UHGV virus genome: UHGV-0198106
DNA: 64,000 nt
Source: a virus
Direction: 5' to 3' (one strand)
Numbering within the stretch: the first letter of the stretch is position 1; every line of letters starts with the position of its first letter. The translations under genes and the position numbers were made by a program. The notes under the pieces are model-generated. The model saw only the letters and a list, made by a program, of their open reading frames with translations. It did no database searches and was not told where the DNA came from. Shown one piece after another: positions 57,970-64,000 of this stretch.

Positions 57970-58449
57970 TTATTTTGCTTTAACACAATCACCCATCTGA
58001 AAGCGGAAAGTCCAAATACTGTTATCTTCCCCACTGTAGACAGAGGTGGCTAACATGGTTTCTTGCATTGTGCCATATGTTACCAGATTAGTCACAACTT
58101 TAGAACCTTTAATAGTCTGCACATCGCCAAAAGTAATCAACTCTGGGTCATTGTCTTTACGGGAAAGCAGAATATCCTCATTATTCTGGTTGTCAAGTGT
58201 ACGAGTAGACAATACCATGCCACGATTGGTTACGTTAGATAATTTAACTTTCATCAACGTAGTGACATTATCTGAATCCAATCCTTTACAAACCAGCCAA
58301 CCTTTAGGGGCGTTGCTAACGAAGGTGTCAGCAGCATCACTCATGACTACAGCAGCTTGAGCAACTGGAGCACTAGCAATCTTGTCAGCGATAGCCATGC
58401 TACCGAAGGTTAATACCAGAGCACCGATTACAAAGTTTGCCTTATTCAT
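57970..58449 (-). CDS. secreted (periplasmic) protein
   Basis: N-terminal signal peptide MNKANFVIGALVLTFGSMAIA; 159 aa. Confidence 0.5.
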   Translation of the reverse strand: MNKANFVIGALVLTFGSMAIADKIASAPVAQAAVVMSDAADTFVSNAPKGWLVCKGLDSDNVTTLMKVKLSNVTNRGMVLSTRTLDNQNNEDILLSRKDNDPELITFGDVQTIKGSKVVTNLVTYGTMQETMLATSVYSGEDNSIWTFRFQMGDCVKAK

Positions 58450-58515
58450 GATTGATTCCTTTAGTTGGTATGCTTCGTTTCAATGAGATAAATATATTTC
58501 TTACTACCTAACATG

Positions 58516-58701
58516 TCAACAATTAATTTCAACTTTCTTACTACTAAACTGAGCACCATCAAACTTGCTTGGTTTATCAACTACTTCTAATCTTTTGTCA
58601 GTGAACAACTCAACCACTTCACTAACAATCAGAGCAAGTAAAGGAAGCACTACAGCTATTACCATCATTACTAAGATTATCATCTCTACTACTCCAACCA
58701 C
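58516..58701 (-). CDS. small single-TM protein
   Basis: 61 aa; hydrophobic stretch MIILVMMVIAVVLPLLALIV. Confidence 0.4.
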   Translation of the reverse strand: MVGVVEMIILVMMVIAVVLPLLALIVSEVVELFTDKRLEVVDKPSKFDGAQFSSKKVEINC

Positions 58702-59356
58702 TCAATCGATAGATTCAATTTACCACTACCTGATAAGGAAAGCAAGCCCACGGGTAAACTATTTCTACTATCTATATAGGACGGGGACATACAACCGCAG
58801 GACAGACCACGGGGAAAGGTAGCTAGATAGTGCGGTAGTAATATACCACTTAAATAATCATCAACTCATAAAAGAAAAAGACCAACAGAACGCTGAAAAA
58901 AGAAAGGAATAAAAGAAATTATTAAAAGAAATACAATCATCCACTTAATTAATACATACATCATTATTGCACTCATAATCATTACATTTAGAATCATTTA
59001 CATTCAAACTATGGGGGCTTGTGACTATTACTCATGGGCATTATATCGCCTCAATCTATTGGTACAGTGGAAGACTAGCCTCTCATCCACTCTTTAAAGG
59101 GGAACTAAATAAACGGGTAGGTAATGTATTGGGTAGTATACACGGGGAAAGAATAACGGGGAGTAGGCACGGGGAAAGGTTGGAACGTGGAAGGAGGTGT
59201 AAAGGCATTGCCAATAACCCTTTTTTAAATGAGGACTCCCCCTTTTTAGGAAACGCGCGGGAAGCGGCTAGCCCCACTCGGTCAAATCAGGATTTTAAAC
59301 TCTTATATATAACTATGGAGGGTTTAATTACGGGATTGGATACTGCACATGAAGTA

Positions 59357-59402
59357 GCCTTAACGTGACATGGCCTTAATGTGATAGTGCCTTAACATGA
59401 CG
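59357..59402. repeat. three tandem 14-bp iterons GCCTTAAYRTGAYR (16-bp period)
   Basis: gccttaacgtgaca (59357-59370), gccttaatgtgata (59373-59386), gccttaacatgacg (59389-59402); ~50 nt upstream of the first packaging-block ORFs. Confidence 0.6.
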
Positions 59403-59582
59403 TCCCCTTTATGTTTTAACTTTTATCAGAGGGATGTATGACTGAAGATGAATATGGTAGCTTCTCTGAAGAAGACTACGAAAAGGAATACAGGTATACT
59501 CACGGGTGTTAATGTGAGGTGGCCTTTACGGGTAGGTCTTATGATGTGCCCTTTATATTTTTTTTACTCAGAGGACAAAAGT

Positions 59583-59693
59583 ATGGGATGGTTACTGTTG
59601 GGTTTAATTCTTTTTGTCACTGTTCCTATTGTTGTTGTGTTTGGTTACATAGCCGCTGACTTATTAGGAATAAAGAAGGGAGATGAATTATGA
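59583..59693 (+). CDS. small TM protein (36 aa)
   Basis: Track ORF 59448..59693 trimmed to ATG 59583 after GAGGA; MGWLLLGLILFVTVPIVVVFGYIAADLLGIKKGDEL; stop overlaps next start. Confidence 0.35.
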   Translation: MGWLLLGLILFVTVPIVVVFGYIAADLLGIKKGDEL

Positions 59694-60046
59694 GATTGGA
59701 TTTAAGAGGTTGTACTAGGTCAGTTATATTGTTCAGAGGTTATGCTATCAAGATTCCTACTTTTAAATCTTGGAAGCTTTTCTTAAAAGGGATTCTTGCT
59801 AACCTACAAGAGAGACATTTCTCTGAGATGAAAGACCCCAACCTTTGTCCTGTAGTCTTCTCTGATAAGTTTGGTTTCTTAGTAATAATGAAGAGGTGTA
59901 AGGTGGTTAAGCACAGAGGATTGTGGATGGCAGAGCTTCACACCTTGAAAGGCTCCCTTCCTAAAGAATTTTACCTGTCAGACCTTAAGCCAGAAAATTA
60001 TGGATACCTAGGCGGACGGTTGGTTAAATTAGATTATGGAGATTGA
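59690..60046 (+). CDS. hypothetical protein
   Basis: Track ORF, 118 aa. Confidence 0.45.
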   Translation: MRLDLRGCTRSVILFRGYAIKIPTFKSWKLFLKGILANLQERHFSEMKDPNLCPVVFSDKFGFLVIMKRCKVVKHRGLWMAELHTLKGSLPKEFYLSDLKPENYGYLGGRLVKLDYGD

Positions 60047-60270
60047 TCATGAATTTAATATTAGACTTTTTATCAGAGGTGATTCCACGGTTCAGAACAG
60101 AGACTTGTGCCTTTGTTAAGATATCCCCTGAAGAATTAGAATGCATTGGTCGTCTGGTTGACTTAGATGACGATGAAGAATTTGATGCAACGATGGAAGT
60201 TAGTAGCCTAGGATGGTTATTTTTCCGAGCGTTCACCACTATCAAACCACACACTTATAAGGAATATTAA
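60043..60270 (+). CDS. hypothetical protein
   Basis: Track ORF, 75 aa, acidic. Confidence 0.4.
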   Translation: MIMNLILDFLSEVIPRFRTETCAFVKISPEELECIGRLVDLDDDEEFDATMEVSSLGWLFFRAFTTIKPHTYKEY

Positions 60271-60273
60271 TTT

Positions 60274-60675
60274 ATGTTAGATTTAATCCACACTACTCGC
60301 CCTGATTCTAAAACTAAAACACAACCATCTACTCTGGAAGTAGTTGAATACGAATCTACTAAATATGATCACCTCCCTGACTATGCTCGTGCAATGATTG
60401 AGATGATTGAAGAAGCTGAATATGAAATGCTCCATGATTACATTACCTCCAAAGATGAATGGCATCGTGATGTTCGCATCGAAGAAGATGGTACAGAAAC
60501 AATTACGTGGATTCACAAGAGTGAATTAGTAGACGACGCACTGCGAGACTACGAAAAATTTTTGGTCGACGGCTCTATTCTTTTAGAGGAAGGAAAGGGT
60601 GCAGAACTTCCGTGGGAAGGTGAGACGATTGCTCTAGGTAAGATGTTTAATCTGTCCGTTGGTGATTGTAAGTAA
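60274..60675 (+). CDS. hypothetical protein
   Basis: Track ORF, 133 aa, acidic. Confidence 0.45.
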   Translation: MLDLIHTTRPDSKTKTQPSTLEVVEYESTKYDHLPDYARAMIEMIEEAEYEMLHDYITSKDEWHRDVRIEEDGTETITWIHKSELVDDALRDYEKFLVDGSILLEEGKGAELPWEGETIALGKMFNLSVGDCK

Positions 60676-60680
60676 TGTTT

Positions 60681-60705
60681 GCCTCCGTTGGGAGGCTTTT
60701 TGTGT
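60681..60705 (+). terminator. rho-independent terminator
   Basis: GCCTCC-gttg-GGAGGC followed by TTTTTGTGTTG. Confidence 0.8.
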
Positions 60706-60731
60706 TGTTGATAATGTAGAAGGAGTATAAA

Positions 60732-61205
60732 ATGTTTGGAGAAAACGGAGAACTCACGCCTGCACAGGTAGCTGAGATTACAGGAAGATTACCCGGAGTA
60801 ACGGAAGAACTTGAAGGCCGTGGTATGAACCCAAGCAATGGGAAGTTTCAAAAGGGAAATAAATTCGGACGACCCAAAGGTAGTAGAGGTAAGCTGACAC
60901 AATTAATGTTGGACCGTGTTGCTGCAAGTCATTTGTCTCCTGATGAAGTGTTAATTCAAATTTACGAAGATCCCAATATTCCACCTGATCTTAGATTCAA
61001 GGCTGCATCAAAAGTTGCAGATCTGGTATATCCTAAGGCGGCCTCTGTTGAAGTTAAGATTGAGGAAGAGAATGTAATCAACGAAGATTCACTGAATGCA
61101 CAAATCAAGGACTTCTTGACTGGAGCACTTGGTATCGACGTTATGCCTCCAGAAGAAGACAACTCTGAGGACGCTGAAAAGGGGGAGGAAGCGGACGAGA
61201 GTTAA
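60732..61205 (+). CDS. possible terminase small subunit / DNA-binding protein
   Basis: 157 aa immediately upstream of terminase large subunit; basic segment GNKFGRPKGSRGK and acidic C-terminus; assignment by position only. Confidence 0.35.
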   Translation: MFGENGELTPAQVAEITGRLPGVTEELEGRGMNPSNGKFQKGNKFGRPKGSRGKLTQLMLDRVAASHLSPDEVLIQIYEDPNIPPDLRFKAASKVADLVYPKAASVEVKIEEENVINEDSLNAQIKDFLTGALGIDVMPPEEDNSEDAEKGEEADES

Positions 61206-61235
61206 GTAAAGGAAAGAAGGGGAGGTTCTTTGACG

Positions 61236-61260
61236 AAGGGACTTTCCCTTTTCTATTTTT
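61236..61260 (+). terminator. rho-independent terminator
   Basis: AAGGGA-ctt-TCCCTT followed by TTCTATTTTT. Confidence 0.75.
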
Positions 61261-61274
61261 AAACTGGAGGAAGT

Positions 61275-62816
61275 ATGTCATTAGATAAACAAATTTATGA
61301 AGCTCTAACTGGTAACAACCTTAGTGTAGATGAAAAGAAAGCACTATTGAATATGTTGAAAGAGCGTGACCAATGGAGGAAGTATAATAGGATTTTGTCT
61401 TTCAAGGCGTATGACTTCCAAAAGAAATTTTATGCAGCAGGATTGAAGCATCGCTTTAGATTCTTGTGTGCAGCGAACCGTGTTGGTAAATCTTATAGCG
61501 AGGCATACGAGTTTGCTTGTCATGTCACAGGTCGCTACCCAACTTGGTGGACAGGATATAAATTTAAAAGACCTATCTTAGCATGGGCAGTTGGTATTAC
61601 AGGGGATTCCACAAGGAAAGTATTGCAAAAGGAATTGTTTGGTACACCTATCGGAAAGGATACAAATTTATTAGGGACAGGTGTCATTCCTCGTGATGCT
61701 ATCGTCATTGATACGATAGAACGAGATGGTAACAAACTTCAAATCGTACAAATCAAACATCAAAATGAGAGAGGAGAGTTTGACGGTTTAAGTACATTAG
61801 AATTCCGTTCAACCCAACAGGGTGAACACACATTGATGGGTGCAACAGTTGATTACATTTGGTTAGACGAAGAAGATCCATACGAGTCTATGGCTATATT
61901 CGCACAGTGCGTCACACGTACACTCACAACTAAAGGTCTAGTTACAATTACAGCTACACCAGAGAACGGTTTAACTGAACTGGTAGATAAATTTATGAAA
62001 GGTGAAGGAGATGAGAACACAGGTTCTCTATATTTCCAGAATGCTTCTTGGTGGGATGCTCATGCAGACCTAGGTGGACATATCACTGACCAAGATATAA
62101 AAGATATGACTGAAGGTATTCCAGCGTGGCAATTAGAGATGCGTTCAAAAGGTATGCCATTGTTAGGAAGTGGTTTGATTTACGATGTATCGGATGACAC
62201 AATTAAATGTGAACCATTCGAAATTCCTGATACGTGGAAACGTGTCTGTGCAATTGATATTGGTATTGATCACCCAACTGCTGCTGTTTGGACAGCTTAC
62301 GACGCAAACACGGATACTATCTATGTTTACGACTCATATAAAGAAGGTGGCTTTACTCCAGTGTATCATGCTCCAGCTATTAATGGTCGTGGTCAGTGGA
62401 TTCCTGTCATCCTACCGCATGATGCGGACAATATTGAGAAAGGTAGTGGTTCATCTGTTGCTCAATTCTATAAGAATGCAGGAGTTAACGTACAGAGTGA
62501 TACCTTCTACAACAAAATTGGAATGGATGGTAAAAAGAACTTCTTTGTAGAACCGGGAATCACAGATATCCGTGAAAGAATGATGAGTGGACGCTTTAAA
62601 ATCTTTAACACAGCCGCTAACGCTAAGCTATTCGAAGAGAAAGCTAGATATCACCGTAAGGTTGGTAAGATTATTAAAGAACATGATGACTTAATGGATG
62701 CAATGCGCTATTCAGCGTGCTCTGTTACACATCGTGGTCGCTCTAAGCATGATGTTAGCTACGGAAGCGCTTCTTTGTATGAGGCAAACGTAAGCAGATG
62801 GAATCAGAGCTACTAA
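61275..62816 (+). CDS. terL: terminase large subunit
   Basis: 513 aa; N-terminal ATPase region (AANRVGKSYSEAYEF), C-terminal nuclease-type region (VCAIDIGIDHPTAAVWTAYD); followed by portal gene. Confidence 0.8.
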   Translation: MSLDKQIYEALTGNNLSVDEKKALLNMLKERDQWRKYNRILSFKAYDFQKKFYAAGLKHRFRFLCAANRVGKSYSEAYEFACHVTGRYPTWWTGYKFKRPILAWAVGITGDSTRKVLQKELFGTPIGKDTNLLGTGVIPRDAIVIDTIERDGNKLQIVQIKHQNERGEFDGLSTLEFRSTQQGEHTLMGATVDYIWLDEEDPYESMAIFAQCVTRTLTTKGLVTITATPENGLTELVDKFMKGEGDENTGSLYFQNASWWDAHADLGGHITDQDIKDMTEGIPAWQLEMRSKGMPLLGSGLIYDVSDDTIKCEPFEIPDTWKRVCAIDIGIDHPTAAVWTAYDANTDTIYVYDSYKEGGFTPVYHAPAINGRGQWIPVILPHDADNIEKGSGSSVAQFYKNAGVNVQSDTFYNKIGMDGKKNFFVEPGITDIRERMMSGRFKIFNTAANAKLFEEKARYHRKVGKIIKEHDDLMDAMRYSACSVTHRGRSKHDVSYGSASLYEANVSRWNQSY

Positions 62817-62820
62817 AGTA

Positions 62821-62850
62821 AGGGGAGGTTTGTCCTCCCTTCTTTTATTT
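62821..62850 (+). terminator. rho-independent terminator / attenuator
   Basis: AGGGGAGG-tttgt-CCTCCCT followed by TCTTTTATTT. Confidence 0.75.
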
Positions 62851-62876
62851 AAGCTATCAACCGAGGGAGAGAATAG

Positions 62877-64000
62877 ATGGCTAAGCAAAAATATAGTGAA
62901 GAGGTGTTGGACGAGTTACGTGTTGACCTTCAACGTCGTTTTAATTACGCTCAAGGTTACGTTGACACGGCTGTTAAGGGCTATGCTCGTGAAGCTTGGG
63001 AATATTTCTATGGTAACTTACCTGCACCAGTAACTGCTGGCAGCTCTAGTTGGGTAGATCGTACTGTTTGGGAATCTGTTAACGGTACACTGCAAGATAT
63101 TATTAACGTATTCTGTTCTGGTGATGAAGCGGTTACTTTCGTAGCTGACAACCAACAGGATTCTGATGCTGCTGATGTAGCAACTAAATTAGTTAACCAA
63201 ATTCTTCTGCGTGACAATCCGGGATACAATATTATCTCTTCTGCTGCACAAGAATGCCTGGTTACTCGTAACTCTTTTATCAAATACTATTGGGATGAGC
63301 ACACTTCTACTCAAACTGAAGAAGCTGAAGGTGTACCACCGGAAGCATTGGCTGCATATGTTCAGGGACTAGAAGCTGGTGGACTTAAGAATCTGGAAAT
63401 CTTCACTGAAGAGAATGAAGATGGTACAGTAGATGTTAAAGTTACTTATGAACAAACTGTTAAACGTGTGAAAGTTGAATATGTTCCTTCAGAGCAAATC
63501 TTTGTTGATGAACATGCTACCTCTTTTGCAGATGCACAATACTTCTGTCATCGTGTACGTCGTTCTAAAGAAGATCTGGTTGCTATGGGCTTCCCTAAAG
63601 ATGAGATTGAAGCATTCAACGACTGGACAGACACGATGGATACCACTCAATCTACAGTTGCTTGGTCTCGTACTGACTGGCGTCAGGATATTGATGCTGA
63701 TATTGGCACAGATACCGAAGATATTGCTTCTATGGTTTGGGTTTATGAGCACTACATTCGTACAGGTGTTCTAGATAAGAATAAAGAGTCTAAACTCTAT
63801 CAGGTTATTCAAGCTGGTGAGCATATCCTTCACACTGAAGAAGTAACTCACATTCCGTTTGTAACCTTCTGCCCGTATCCGATTCCGGGTTCCTTCTATG
63901 GTCAATCAGTCTATGACATTACGAAAGATATTCAGGATTTACGTACCGCGTTAGTTCGTGGTTATATTGATAACGTCAACAATGCTAACTATGGTCGATA
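62877..64000 (+). CDS. portal protein (3' end beyond window)
   Basis: ATG 62877 after GAGGGAGAG; open frame to window end (not in track for lack of a stop); MAKQKYSEEVLDELRVDLQRRFNYAQGYVDTAVKGYAREAWEYFYGN...; position after terminase. Confidence 0.65.
   Translation, partial: MAKQKYSEEVLDELRVDLQRRFNYAQGYVDTAVKGYAREAWEYFYGNLPAPVTAGSSSWVDRTVWESVNGTLQDIINVFCSGDEAVTFVADNQQDSDAADVATKLVNQILLRDNPGYNIISSAAQECLVTRNSFIKYYWDEHTSTQTEEAEGVPPEALAAYVQGLEAGGLKNLEIFTEENEDGTVDVKVTYEQTVKRVKVEYVPSEQIFVDEHATSFADAQYFCHRVRRSKEDLVAMGFPKDEIEAFNDWTDTMDTTQSTVAWSRTDWRQDIDADIGTDTEDIASMVWVYEHYIRTGVLDKNKESKLYQVIQAGEHILHTEEVTHIPFVTFCPYPIPGSFYGQSVYDITKDIQDLRTALVRGYIDNVNNANYGR

Noticed and set aside
59021-59368. Plus-strand ORF of 115 aa
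   Set aside because: Falls in the repeat-rich intergenic region, has no RBS, and its translation is Gly/Arg-rich, driven by the CACGGGGAAAG repeats

Overview
This window is a contiguous 64-kb slice of a tailed dsDNA phage genome that looks virulent: no integrase, repressor, rRNA or CRISPR array was seen. It has three transcriptional blocks. (1) 1-19,372, plus strand: virion and tail module (HNH endonuclease, tail fibre with internal repeats, GH24 lysozyme, HxH-motif fibre-like protein, Ig-like-domain protein, SLT transglycosylase, two paralogous Q/N-rich proteins, a 1,435-aa helical protein). (2) 19,446-58,701, minus strand: early and DNA-metabolism genes (5'-3' exonuclease, sigma-factor-like protein, SSB-like protein, family-A DNA polymerase encoded as separate exonuclease and polymerase genes, PhoH, thioredoxin, Dps-like ferritin, dCTP deaminase, CCA-type nucleotidyltransferase, an intron-interrupted T7 gp4-like primase-helicase, several HNH endonucleases, lipoproteins, SleB-like hydrolase), with three tandem sigma70-consensus promoters at 56.0-56.4 kb. 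(3) 59,583-64,000, plus strand: packaging module (terminase large subunit, portal gene running off the window end). The most notable feature is a tightly packed minus-strand operon at 37.7-47.1 kb encoding an ATP-grasp ligase, two glutamine-synthetase-fold amidoligase-like proteins, a class-II glutamine amidotransferase that appears to start at a non-canonical ATT codon, and a GGCT-like protein, together with six unknowns; I interpret it as a candidate amide-bond ligation or modification system of unknown substrate. All family assignments are motif-level readings of the translated ORFs, with no database search run. Coordinates of features absent from the supplied ORF track were derived by hand and may be off by a few nucleotides.
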